Of a stretch of 36,311 nucleotides of DNA, positions 27,677 to 36,311 are shown in pieces; the stretch's first letter is position 1, and every line of letters begins with the position of its first letter. The DNA lies in the NCBI GenBank assembly GCA_045047305.1, contig JASFYO010000045.1:1-36311 (forward strand). The letters run 5' to 3'. The notes under the pieces are model-generated. The model was not told the origin of the DNA. It ran no database searches and saw only the letters and a program-made list of their open reading frames with translations. The position numbers were made by a program, and so were the translations under genes. Source of the DNA: Planctomycetota bacterium. GTDB taxonomy: Bacteria > Planctomycetota > UBA1135.

Positions 27677-30268
27677 TTACTGCCCAACCAGTGCACGCAA
27701 GCCGTGGCTCATCGCCCACCCATTCGGCTGCGATGCATCGCGCATGGCGGCTTGCAGGTAACGCTCCACACCGATCAGGGCTGGATTATTCGGAATCAGC
27801 AACGGAGTTGTTGCCACTCCAGACCCATCCGCGACCAAAGTGGCACGGTAAATTTGAGTTGCAGTATCCACCAGGATGTCACCGCCAAGTAGTGGGCTAT
27901 CGTCCGAGGTCGTGCAAACGGAAAGGAATCCCGCGGCTCCTGGTGGAGCTCCACTCACGGTCAAAGTGACACTGGTACCAAGCAGTGGTTGAGCGCTGGA
28001 ACGCAGTTGCAAAGTGTTCGCGCCACTACGCAACTCTCCGTATGGAAAGAAACCTGGTGTTTCCGGGAAGTAGTCCCAAGCGCCGCGACCATAGGTCCCA
28101 AAACGAATAGCGTTACTCGAGGGGACTGCCTCGACCGACCAGTAAGTCGTAATGGGACCAGATCCACCAAGAATGCTGCTCCATTGCTGGGTAGTAGGAT
28201 CGTACTCCCAGGCTCCGTTTTCAGAGCCGGCGTACATACGACCACTGCCATCCGGAGCCTCGACAAGCCCGTAAACCAAGGTTGCGGGAAGCCCGTTGCT
28301 ACGGTCTTGCCAGTTCACACCACCATCGGTGCTCACCATGACTGGGGGGCCGCTGTAGCCTGCACCGGCAACCCACACGGTATCGACATCAGTGGAAGAC
28401 GGAACGATGGTGGTGCCGTAGAAGTAATGCGCGGTCGGTGCGCCACCGCCGGCCGAAGTCCAAGATGTGCCGCCGGTTTGCGAGGTCCACAGGTTTCCGC
28501 CAGTGGTCACGCATACCGCAAAGTTTGGATCAATCTTGGAGAATGCAACTGCCGAGATTTGCTGCCCAAACGGATTGGGATGAAGCGCGCTGTAAGTCCA
28601 ACTGCCGCTGGTGCCAACGCGTTGGTAACGCCAAATCGTTTTTCCGCAAAGGTAAAACACATTATTGTCTACAGGATCCGCGGTTAGGAACGGTAGCCAC
28701 TGCGCATCGAATCCAACTGGAAAATCCACCGTGTACAAGGCGGGGTTCGGCGCATGTGCGGTGACCAAAACGAAGCCTGGGTAATCAGAGTAAACCAAGT
28801 CATGGCTGCCATCACCAGAACTCAGGTGACCATAGTCGCCAGTGATTTCCTCGCGGAAAGTTGCCCATGAACCGGAGCTTCCCGGAATGCCAAGCTCCGA
28901 AGTTTGATACCCCTGATCTTGCGATCCGGCATGTAGGTAATCCGGATTACGTCGACTGGTATGAGTGCTGTAGTACTGACTCACACCCATGCCTGCCCAG
29001 GTCAGCCAGTCGGTGGTGCCGAGCTGGTCGACACTTTCCGACAAGCCACCGTGAGTATTAATGTACCAACGCTCCCCAGAACTCAGACTTGAGTCTGCGA
29101 TAACCGAGACGCCCATGATGTCGGCGTGCAATTTGTGGTGGCGGTTCCCAGGGTGTTCCCACCATGCATTCTGCAAGGTAAAAGTAGTGCCTGCATCGCG
29201 TGAAACCCACATTTCAACCCCGCCGTAGACCACTAAGCTGCTATCTGTAGAAGAAGTGCAGAAGGCGCTCCACATCTCATTCATTGTGTGAGCAAAGGCC
29301 CAACTATTACCCGCATCGGTGGTGCGCCAGAGCTCCCAGCTGCCGCCTTGCTTTACCGCCAAGCTGAAAGTGTTGTTACCCGAAGACTCGTGGCCCCCGA
29401 GGCGAATATCGGTGACATTAAAGCCAATGGAGTTGCCAAGGTTTGCAAAGGTTGTTCCATTGTCGGTCGACTTGTACATGCGATCTTGATCAAACAAGTA
29501 AAGCGCACCTAGGGTGTCGCGTGGAGTGAATAAATCAGATTCTCCATTCAAATTGCGGACGACTGAAAAACTTTGACCACGGTCAGAGGAACGCAACAAC
29601 TTCCATCCGCCTTGCCACACCACAGCCAAAATGGTTTGCGCGCTGTCTTCCAGCTTAATTAAACGACGCACATTGCTGATGCCACTAGTGCCGGAGGGGG
29701 TTTGCCAAGTCACTCCTTGATCCGCACTGCGCCACATCGAGTTCGACGTGGCGCGAAGAATAATGTCGGTGGTTCCGGAAGCTGGTGCGATCACCGCTAA
29801 GTGGTAGGCGCCACCAAAAACGCCGTCACCGATCGCAACCCAATCAGTGCCATCGGCTGGTCCACGGAAAACGCCGCCGCGTGCTGTGCCGACGTAAAGG
29901 TCGTTGCCATTGGTCGAAGGCACCGCAACAAACACACTGCCGGGAAGGTTATTGCTTCCGATTTCATTCCAGCGCCCGGTGGTTGGGGCACGAGAAAGCA
30001 GGGCATCTTCGCGTCGCGCCATAGCTGCTAAAACATTAGCCTCCTCCTGCGCCTCCCAATCAAAGCCCGGGGCGGCACGGTGCATCGACTCAATCCACTC
30101 CTGCCGTTCGGCATAACTTTCACCACCTTCTTCGAAGCCTGCGGGGCGCGGAAGAGGTGGGGAGTAGCCACTATCGAAATCAATCGGTGGGACGGGGGCT
30201 GTGGCACATGCTGTCCACAGAAAACATCCGCCGAGGGCAAGGGCGGTACAAAAACGGCTAGGGACCAT
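27677..30268 (-). CDS. Large BNR/VPS10-like beta-propeller lipoprotein with a C-terminal domain
   Basis: Lipobox-like WTAC, many Asp-boxes (SADQGVTW, SSDRGQSF, STDNGTTF, TTDAGNSW, SRDAGTTF, STDGGVNW), LHAD, GSQDQG and GTYGRGAW. Confidence 0.85.
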   Translation of the reverse strand: MVPSRFCTALALGGCFLWTACATAPVPPIDFDSGYSPPLPRPAGFEEGGESYAERQEWIESMHRAAPGFDWEAQEEANVLAAMARREDALLSRAPTTGRWNEIGSNNLPGSVFVAVPSTNGNDLYVGTARGGVFRGPADGTDWVAIGDGVFGGAYHLAVIAPASGTTDIILRATSNSMWRSADQGVTWQTPSGTSGISNVRRLIKLEDSAQTILAVVWQGGWKLLRSSDRGQSFSVVRNLNGESDLFTPRDTLGALYLFDQDRMYKSTDNGTTFANLGNSIGFNVTDIRLGGHESSGNNTFSLAVKQGGSWELWRTTDAGNSWAFAHTMNEMWSAFCTSSTDSSLVVYGGVEMWVSRDAGTTFTLQNAWWEHPGNRHHKLHADIMGVSVIADSSLSSGERWYINTHGGLSESVDQLGTTDWLTWAGMGVSQYYSTHTSRRNPDYLHAGSQDQGYQTSELGIPGSSGSWATFREEITGDYGHLSSGDGSHDLVYSDYPGFVLVTAHAPNPALYTVDFPVGFDAQWLPFLTADPVDNNVFYLCGKTIWRYQRVGTSGSWTYSALHPNPFGQQISAVAFSKIDPNFAVCVTTGGNLWTSQTGGTSWTSAGGGAPTAHYFYGTTIVPSSTDVDTVWVAGAGYSGPPVMVSTDGGVNWQDRSNGLPATLVYGLVEAPDGSGRMYAGSENGAWEYDPTTQQWSSILGGSGPITTYWSVEAVPSSNAIRFGTYGRGAWDYFPETPGFFPYGELRSGANTLQLRSSAQPLLGTSVTLTVSGAPPGAAGFLSVCTTSDDSPLLGGDILVDTATQIYRATLVADGSGVATTPLLIPNNPALIGVERYLQAAMRDASQPNGWAMSHGLRALVGQ

Positions 30269-30274
30269 CTTCTA

Positions 30275-30280
30275 AGCATA
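30275..30280 (-). promoter_or_regulatory. -10 box TATGCT, leaderless-type promoter
   Basis: Lies 6 nt before ATG 30268. Confidence 0.5.
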
Positions 30281-30365
30281 CTCCATGAGCAAAAAGATGT
30301 CCGTAATCCCAGAAGAACCAATCCCAGATAATCGGGTTCCGCCACTGTTCGCCCCAAGCAACATC

Positions 30366-32030
30366 ATGAAAAGAACCTTAATTCTGACCCTACTTTTCCC
30401 AGTCGTCTGGGCAAGCAACCTCGCTGCAGCACCTCAAGGCGGCCCTCTGCCGCCACCACTCGCGCCGGCGCAGAACCCTGTCACTCCAGAAAAAGCCATT
30501 CTGGGTAAGATTCTCTTCTGGGAGGAGCAGCTTTCTAGCGACGACACCATGGCATGCGGAACCTGCCACGGTGTGCCCGCTGGATTTAGCGATTCGCGTA
30601 TGCGGACCCACCCTGGCAATGATGGTGTGCTCGGTACTCCGGACGACCTCGTCACTTCTCCTGGAGTCATTCGTGCTGCAGACGATGGCACCTATGCTCC
30701 CGACGCGACTTTCGGCCTCAACGCACAACTGACCGGACGCCGCACCCCGGATATTTTTGCTGCACTTTATGCTCCAGAAACTTTTTGGGATGGGCGCGGC
30801 ACCTCCAGCTTCACCGATCCCGAAACTGGAATTCTTCTCATTGCTGCTGGAGCTGCACTCGAGAGTCAAGCCATCGGCCCGATTCTGAGCGATGCCGAGA
30901 TGGCACATGAAAATCGTGATTGGCCCGCAGTGACTGCAAAATTAGCGCAAGCTCGCCCACTCGCGCTGGCCTCCGACCTCACGCCCGACATCGTTGCAGC
31001 ACTCGCCGTTCATGCAAGCTATGCCGAGTTGTTCCGCGCTGCATTCGGCACCACCGACATCACCGCGCAACGCATTGCCTATGCCATCGCCACTTACGAA
31101 CGGACGCTATTCCCTAATCAGAGCCCTTGGGACGCATTTCAATCTGGTGACCTAACTGCACTCACTCCCAACCAAACCGCCGGATGGAATCAGTTTTCAG
31201 GACCTGCCAACTGCACCAACTGCCACACGCCTCCTTTCTTTAGCGACAATCAGTTTCACAACTTGGGCTTACGTCCCTCCGCAGAGGACAATGGTCGCCA
31301 AGGCGTGAGTGGGCTTTTCGCCGACCGTGGAAAATTCAAAACCCCATCCCTGCGTAATGCTGGTTTACGTGAACGCTTCTTTCATAACGGCCAAGCCAAC
31401 GTGCTCAACAACGGCCCGGCTCCCGGTGGCGTCGATGATATCTACATCGCAGGCGGTGGCCCCTTCCCGGACAACCGTGATCCACTTTTAGTTCCGCTCG
31501 CCGGACGCCCTGGCATCAACATGCAGCAGATTATGGATTTCGTCGGCAATGGCCTCACTGACCCGCGCGTGGCCAGTGCACTCCCACCATTCGACAAACC
31601 GACTCTCTACAGTGAATTGCATGCGCAAGGCGCTGACCGCTTCGGATCTTCGAACCCAAGTGGAAGTGGCGTCCATCCACGTCTCATCACTTTGACCCCC
31701 GGGGTCTTGGGAAGTACCTCCTTCAAAATCGGATTGCGGGATGCCCCAATCTCCGCCGCCACCGCCATGTTGGGCATCTCCCGCACCAGTGGCAGCGGGA
31801 CCTTAGTGCGTGGTGTCCCCTTCAACCTTGGCGGGCCCGTAGCTGCCTGGATCGCTGCACCCCTCCAAATCGATGCTGCTGGACGAGGATACGCAACCTT
31901 CCGCTTTGACATTCCAAATCAGAGTTCTTTGGCGGGAATCGACTTCCACGTGCAGGCCTTCATTGAGGATTTCCTCGCCCCAGGCGGCCATGGAGCAGCC
32001 ACTCAAGGCTATTCCTATCAAATGCAATAG
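30366..32030 (+). CDS. Secreted diheme cytochrome c peroxidase (CCP/MauG family) with a C-terminal domain
   Basis: Signal peptide from ATG 30366, LGKILFWEEQLS, heme motifs CGTCH and CTNCH, FWDGR, FHNLG, GKFKTPSLRN and FFHNG. Confidence 0.9.
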   Translation: MKRTLILTLLFPVVWASNLAAAPQGGPLPPPLAPAQNPVTPEKAILGKILFWEEQLSSDDTMACGTCHGVPAGFSDSRMRTHPGNDGVLGTPDDLVTSPGVIRAADDGTYAPDATFGLNAQLTGRRTPDIFAALYAPETFWDGRGTSSFTDPETGILLIAAGAALESQAIGPILSDAEMAHENRDWPAVTAKLAQARPLALASDLTPDIVAALAVHASYAELFRAAFGTTDITAQRIAYAIATYERTLFPNQSPWDAFQSGDLTALTPNQTAGWNQFSGPANCTNCHTPPFFSDNQFHNLGLRPSAEDNGRQGVSGLFADRGKFKTPSLRNAGLRERFFHNGQANVLNNGPAPGGVDDIYIAGGGPFPDNRDPLLVPLAGRPGINMQQIMDFVGNGLTDPRVASALPPFDKPTLYSELHAQGADRFGSSNPSGSGVHPRLITLTPGVLGSTSFKIGLRDAPISAATAMLGISRTSGSGTLVRGVPFNLGGPVAAWIAAPLQIDAAGRGYATFRFDIPNQSSLAGIDFHVQAFIEDFLAPGGHGAATQGYSYQMQ

Positions 32031-32175
32031 GATTCTGCATAGCGAGATTCGCGATTATGAAGTAGGATTTTGAGGAACTCTAAAGCTTCTTGCCCGTCAG
32101 CCTAGTGTGGGGCCCTCTTCGCCGAGAGCCCTTTCATTCCCCCTCCTTAAGAGCCCTCTCTCCCTAAGCTCCCGC

Positions 32176-33816
32176 ATGCGACTCTCCCTGCTTTGTATTT
32201 CTCTATTCGTGGCCGTCTCGTTTGCCGGACAGGCGCACGCTCAGCTCCAACCGCCCCCGGAGCCAGCTCAGAACCCAAGCACACCGGAGAAAATCATTCT
32301 CGGTAAGATACTTTTTTGGGAGGAGCAGCTTTCATCCAACGACACCGTGGCTTGTGGAACCTGCCACATCCCCGCCTTTAGCTTTACCGATAACCGCGAA
32401 TTCGTGCATCCTGGGGATGACGGCCTGGTGGGAACCCTCGACGATTCCATCACCTCCCCTGGAGTCGTGCGCGCCAATGCCACCAAGCAGCTCATTCCTA
32501 CTCCGCTGTTCGGTCTACGTCCGCAACAAACCCGGCGCCGCACCAACGACATTTTCGGCTCTGCTTATCAAACCAAAATTTTCTGGGATGGGCGCGCTGC
32601 AGATCAGTTCCTTAACCCAGAGACCGGTGCCGTAAGTATCCCAACGGGAGGAGCCCTAGAGAGTCAGGCTGTTGAGCCGATTATTTCTGGAGTTGAAATG
32701 GGCCACACGGGGCGCGATTGGCCGCAAGTCATTGCCAAACTAAAAGCTGCCATTCCTCTGCGTATCGCTTCCAACATCCCACCGGATATGGTCAATGCCA
32801 TCGCGCTGGACCCAACTTATCCGGATTTGTTCGCGCGTGCGTTCTCCACTCCGGACATCACTGCGGAGCGCATAGCCTTCGCAATTGCGGCTTATGAACG
32901 CTCCTTAGTGCCCGACCAAACGCCATATGATGAGCACATGCGTGGTGTTCCCAACGCGATGACACCACAGCAAATAGATGGAATGAATCAGTTCTTAGGC
33001 ATTGCCAACTGCTACATGTGCCACGCCCCACCCATATTCTCGGACGGGGATTTCCACAACAACGGGCTCCGCCCTACGCTTTGGGATGGTGGGCTACAGG
33101 ACACCACCAATGATGTGAATGACCGTGGAAAATTCAAAACGCCTTCCCTTCGCAATGCTGGCCTGCGCACGAGCTTCTACCACAATGGTTTTTTTCAAGG
33201 CCTATGGCCTCAAGGCGTGAGCAACCTCTACTGGGGCGGCGGCGGTGGATTCTTCGATAACCGTGATCCTTTGTTGGTTCCACTAAGCACCGTACCTGGA
33301 ATTAACTTAGAACATATTTTCAATGATTTCGTTGGCACTGCCTTGACTGACCCGCGAGTTGCAAATGAGACCTTTCCGTTCGATCGCCCAACCTTGTACT
33401 CCAACTTACATCCCTTTAGCTCCAACCTTTATGGCCCATTCAATCCGGGCGCAACTGGGGTAGAGCCTAGGATTACGGCGCACATGCCGGCCATTTTGGG
33501 CCACAACTTCCAAGTGGGAGTCAGCCAAGTACTAGGTGGTTCCATGGCTCACTTTGGAGCCTCTGGCGCTGCAGGATCCGGCCTCATGCGCGGCGGGCGC
33601 TTGATTAATATCTCGCTTCCGATTTTGCAGTTCTTCAGCTTGCCAACTCATGGAAGCGGGCCTGACGGTGGATGGCAATCGATTACCATTGCCCTGCCAA
33701 CCAGCCCAAACCTCATTGGCCGTAACTTCTACATGCAATGGTGGGTGGACGATTTAGGTGCTCCTGGTGGAGTCGTGTCGGCAACCCAAGGCGCCATCAT
33801 CGAAATCCTTCCCTAA
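32176..33816 (+). CDS. Secreted diheme cytochrome c peroxidase (CCP/MauG family), tandem paralog
   Basis: Signal peptide from ATG 32176 (TAAGCT 5 nt upstream), CGTCH and CYMCH, FWDGR, GKFKTPSLRN and FYHNG. Confidence 0.9.
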   Translation: MRLSLLCISLFVAVSFAGQAHAQLQPPPEPAQNPSTPEKIILGKILFWEEQLSSNDTVACGTCHIPAFSFTDNREFVHPGDDGLVGTLDDSITSPGVVRANATKQLIPTPLFGLRPQQTRRRTNDIFGSAYQTKIFWDGRAADQFLNPETGAVSIPTGGALESQAVEPIISGVEMGHTGRDWPQVIAKLKAAIPLRIASNIPPDMVNAIALDPTYPDLFARAFSTPDITAERIAFAIAAYERSLVPDQTPYDEHMRGVPNAMTPQQIDGMNQFLGIANCYMCHAPPIFSDGDFHNNGLRPTLWDGGLQDTTNDVNDRGKFKTPSLRNAGLRTSFYHNGFFQGLWPQGVSNLYWGGGGGFFDNRDPLLVPLSTVPGINLEHIFNDFVGTALTDPRVANETFPFDRPTLYSNLHPFSSNLYGPFNPGATGVEPRITAHMPAILGHNFQVGVSQVLGGSMAHFGASGAAGSGLMRGGRLINISLPILQFFSLPTHGSGPDGGWQSITIALPTSPNLIGRNFYMQWWVDDLGAPGGVVSATQGAIIEILP

Positions 33817-33822
33817 GGTTTT

Positions 33823-34413
33823 TTGAACGACTTTCCTTACCGGGTACGTCCAGTCCAAATGGACGACGCACCCGGTTTGCTTTTGATTTACGCGCCCATC
33901 GTGAAGGCGAGTTGCATCTCATTTGAATATGTGCCTCCATCCTTGAAGGAAATGCGCGACCGCATCAAAACCGGGTCGCAAAATTATCCCTGGCTCGCGG
34001 CGGTCGATGACAACGGGAACATTCTCGGTTATGCCTATGCCTGTTCCTGGCGTGTGCGTCGGGCGTATCAGTGGTCGGCCGAGGTTTCGGTTTACATTCA
34101 TCCTGACCACCAACGGAAAGGTATCGCCACAGCGCTCTATGCGGCACTGTTAAAGCAACTCAAGGCGCAGGGTTATGTAGTGGCTTACGCAGCCATCACC
34201 CTGCCGAATCCCGAATCAACCCGCTTTCACCACGCTCTTGGATTTCGTCCAAGCGGACGCTTTGAGGCCTGTGGCTACAAGCTAGGCTCTTGGCACGATG
34301 TAGAGTTTTGGGGACTGGACTTAGCACCTCGCGAAAGCGACCCAGAAGATCCCATGCCGCCCTCCATCAAGAACACTTCTCAATCCAGTACTTATCGAGG
34401 AAAATCAAGGTAG
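33823..34413 (+). CDS. GNAT N-acetyltransferase (Pat/YncA/ArsN1-like)
   Basis: ISFEYVPP, PWL, GYAYA, RRAYQWSAEVSVY, acetyl-CoA motif QRKGIA, LPNPES.RFH..LGF and GYKLG.WHDV. TTG start is uncertain. Confidence 0.9.
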   Translation: MNDFPYRVRPVQMDDAPGLLLIYAPIVKASCISFEYVPPSLKEMRDRIKTGSQNYPWLAAVDDNGNILGYAYACSWRVRRAYQWSAEVSVYIHPDHQRKGIATALYAALLKQLKAQGYVVAYAAITLPNPESTRFHHALGFRPSGRFEACGYKLGSWHDVEFWGLDLAPRESDPEDPMPPSIKNTSQSSTYRGKSR

Positions 34414-35047
34414 TAAAACCAACTGCCGCGATTCCAAAGGCAATACCCAGACCGTCGGCCACGTTGCCGAGCAAAATTGCGCGACCGGTAAGGAAAGCCA
34501 TGATAAACCAAAGCGGGCGTCGCCAGTAAATGAGTACCCAAAGCCGGGCTTTATTCGCCCTCTCGACCAGTTGCGGACGTTCCTTATGTTGCCCCCACCC
34601 GCTAATCCCTGAGGTGACTGGCATTAATTCCGAAACCAGGGCGATTAAACAAACCGCAAAACCAACGTCCTTCCATAAGGCATAGCCGAAGGTGCCAAGC
34701 ACCACCAGATGATGGATGACCAAATCGGTGCGCGGAATGATTCCGCGACTTATGCGCCCGTACCCCATCCACGCGAAGTCAGAGAGGATGTGCCCCATCA
34801 CGACTAAAACACCCTGCCACATCCACCAATCACCTGCTATTTTTTGCGGGTAGTGATGGTAAAGGTAGGCCTCATTCCAATGCCCAATCCCTACCACAGC
34901 AGCAGTCAAACCAATCGCGGTGAGGACCGCAGCAGCAAGGCCACGCGAAAGCTGGAAAGACCTGTGGTAATTCGGATTCACCCGCAATAGAAACCAAGTG
35001 TGGACCAAAACGAAAAATCCGGTGTAGGCGAACAGAGTCAAAAACAC
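34367..35047 (-). CDS. Polytopic membrane protein with TLC (TRAM/LAG1/CLN8)-like motifs
   Basis: About 6-7 hydrophobic helices with HILSDF...DLVIHHL...LVSELMP, resembling the TLC D...HH...E pattern. GTG 35047 is preferred (TG-C-TAACCT upstream) because longer starts overlap the divergent gene. Confidence 0.6.
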   Translation of the reverse strand: MFLTLFAYTGFFVLVHTWFLLRVNPNYHRSFQLSRGLAAAVLTAIGLTAAVVGIGHWNEAYLYHHYPQKIAGDWWMWQGVLVVMGHILSDFAWMGYGRISRGIIPRTDLVIHHLVVLGTFGYALWKDVGFAVCLIALVSELMPVTSGISGWGQHKERPQLVERANKARLWVLIYWRRPLWFIMAFLTGRAILLGNVADGLGIAFGIAAVGFTTLIFLDKYWIEKCS

Positions 35048-35100
35048 AATCGGGCTGAGGTTAGCACACCCGTGGTGAAAGTTTCGTATAGGATGGAAGC

Positions 35101-36311
35101 ATGTCCCCCCTTCGGAAGACGACCCTGGTCTTCCTTTGTTTAGCATTATTCCCCGTAAAGCTAAGCGCACAGGAACTTGAACCCGAACAAACCCTACTCA
35201 AAGGCAACCAAGAAGTTGCTGAGGGGGTCGCGGAGAACTTGCAATTCGTTGACCCGGAGGCCGAGGGCTGGCGCACAGAGGTTCTGCATGACTCGGCAAA
35301 AGCTGGCCTGAAAGGATTCCTCGGTTGGGTTGCTCATGGCAAAGATTTACCGGCCGGAATCCTTGCCGACGATTTCCGCTGCTCGATTTTGCGTCCGCAA
35401 ACTCTCGAGGTGGTGTTTCAAGATGCCTCGATAACAGTGCGGCATGGAGCAGGCGAACAAAGCTTGCCCTACACCAAGGACAATGTGCTGGATGCTGCGC
35501 AGAGCTTGCAAGCCGTTTTTCAAAGCGGCAACCTGCGCGATGACTTCTTCAAGATCATTACCGTCGAGCTCCAAGGGGGGCGCAGTTTTCGCACGCATTT
35601 CCTTTATCACGCTGCGATTTCTGCAGACCCTTTCGTCACTCAAGTCAACTTCGAAGGCGAAGCCTTATGGATTGTCGGCGCCTCGGACCAAGAGGTGCAG
35701 CTTCAAACCCTGAGGCTCATGCACTACGAAGAACTGGCCACCCCGCGGCCAGCCTTCGAAGACATTACCACCAGCGTGTTTGCGAGCACCAAACGTTGGG
35801 TGCCTGAAATGATGGTCGGCGTGGAGCTAATGGTGAATCGCATCGACCGGCTGATTGGCCGAAGCTTCGTCGGCAGTCAAGGTCTGGCGATTGGAGATAT
35901 CGACAATGACGGCCTGGATGACATCTATATCCCGCAACAAGGTGGCATGGCAAATCGTCTTTACCACCACCTGCCCAACGGCGAAGTGGAAGAAATCTCC
36001 GCCGAAGCGATGGTCGACTTCCTCGACAATACGCGTGGCGCCTTATTCGCGGACATCGATAACGATGGAGACCAAGATCTCGTGGTCACGATTCGCGCTA
36101 ACATCTTGATTGCCTACAACAATGGAAGTGGGATTTTTGATACGCGCAAAGTTTTGCGCTACAACGACATTGCAAATATTTACTCCATCTCCGTGGCTGA
36201 CCCAGATGGCGATGGGGATTTAGATATCTACGCTTGCCGCTATGTTGCTGGCGGTTTGGTCGGAGGCGTGCCCACGCCTTATCACGATGCAAACAACGGT
36301 GCGACAAACTT
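35101..36311 (+). CDS. Secreted FG-GAP repeat protein (ASPIC/UnbV, CRTAC1-like; partial, runs off the window end)
   Basis: Not in the ORF track. From ATG 35101: MSPLRKTTLVFLCLALFPVKLSAQ...GLAIGDIDNDGLDDIY...NRLY...FADIDNDGDQDL...ADPDGDGDLDIY...PYHDANNG. TAGGAT 6 nt upstream. Confidence 0.88.
   Translation, partial: MSPLRKTTLVFLCLALFPVKLSAQELEPEQTLLKGNQEVAEGVAENLQFVDPEAEGWRTEVLHDSAKAGLKGFLGWVAHGKDLPAGILADDFRCSILRPQTLEVVFQDASITVRHGAGEQSLPYTKDNVLDAAQSLQAVFQSGNLRDDFFKIITVELQGGRSFRTHFLYHAAISADPFVTQVNFEGEALWIVGASDQEVQLQTLRLMHYEELATPRPAFEDITTSVFASTKRWVPEMMVGVELMVNRIDRLIGRSFVGSQGLAIGDIDNDGLDDIYIPQQGGMANRLYHHLPNGEVEEISAEAMVDFLDNTRGALFADIDNDGDQDLVVTIRANILIAYNNGSGIFDTRKVLRYNDIANIYSISVADPDGDGDLDIYACRYVAGGLVGGVPTPYHDANNGATN

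Noticed and set aside
32031..32072. Imperfect hairpin between the two peroxidase genes
   Set aside because: Needs several bulges and G-U pairs; too weak to call a terminator.
4530..35170. Longer upstream starts in the ORF track (4658, 7666, 13635, 19909, 23295, 26870, 30285, 32107, 35170)
   Set aside because: The extensions overlap neighbouring genes or precede clear signal peptides; downstream starts fit the coupling and promoter geometry better.

Overview
Gene-dense bacterial window, probably from an uncultured Planctomycetota-type genome (inferred from the style of its secreted proteins; no marker gene is present). Core metabolism: class I fumarase, a receiver-domain/ATP-grasp dikinase-like protein, a serB/class V aminotransferase/serA cluster, and an hcrCAB-like molybdoenzyme operon. 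Accessory genes: a MoaD/ThiS-like protein paired with a cytoplasmic BNR beta-propeller, an S8 peptidase, two tandem GH-A-like glycoside hydrolases, a large BNR lipoprotein, two tandem diheme cytochrome c peroxidases, a GNAT, a TLC-like membrane protein and a partial FG-GAP protein. Five things go beyond the ORF track. (1) A full-length BCP peroxiredoxin has an in-frame UGA at the peroxidatic Cys position, followed by a SECIS-like hairpin. (2) Six secreted proteins from four unrelated families end in a related C-terminal domain of about 100-135 aa, a candidate sorting or anchoring signal. (3) About 15 start codons have a TAnnnT box 5-10 nt upstream, suggesting pervasive leaderless transcription. 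(4) A deleted and frameshifted DUF1801 remnant lies between the two hydrolase genes. (5) Dispersed IS5-end-like motifs occur in intergenic DNA. No rRNA, tRNA, CRISPR array or intact transposase was seen. All family calls come from motif recognition by eye, not database searches.
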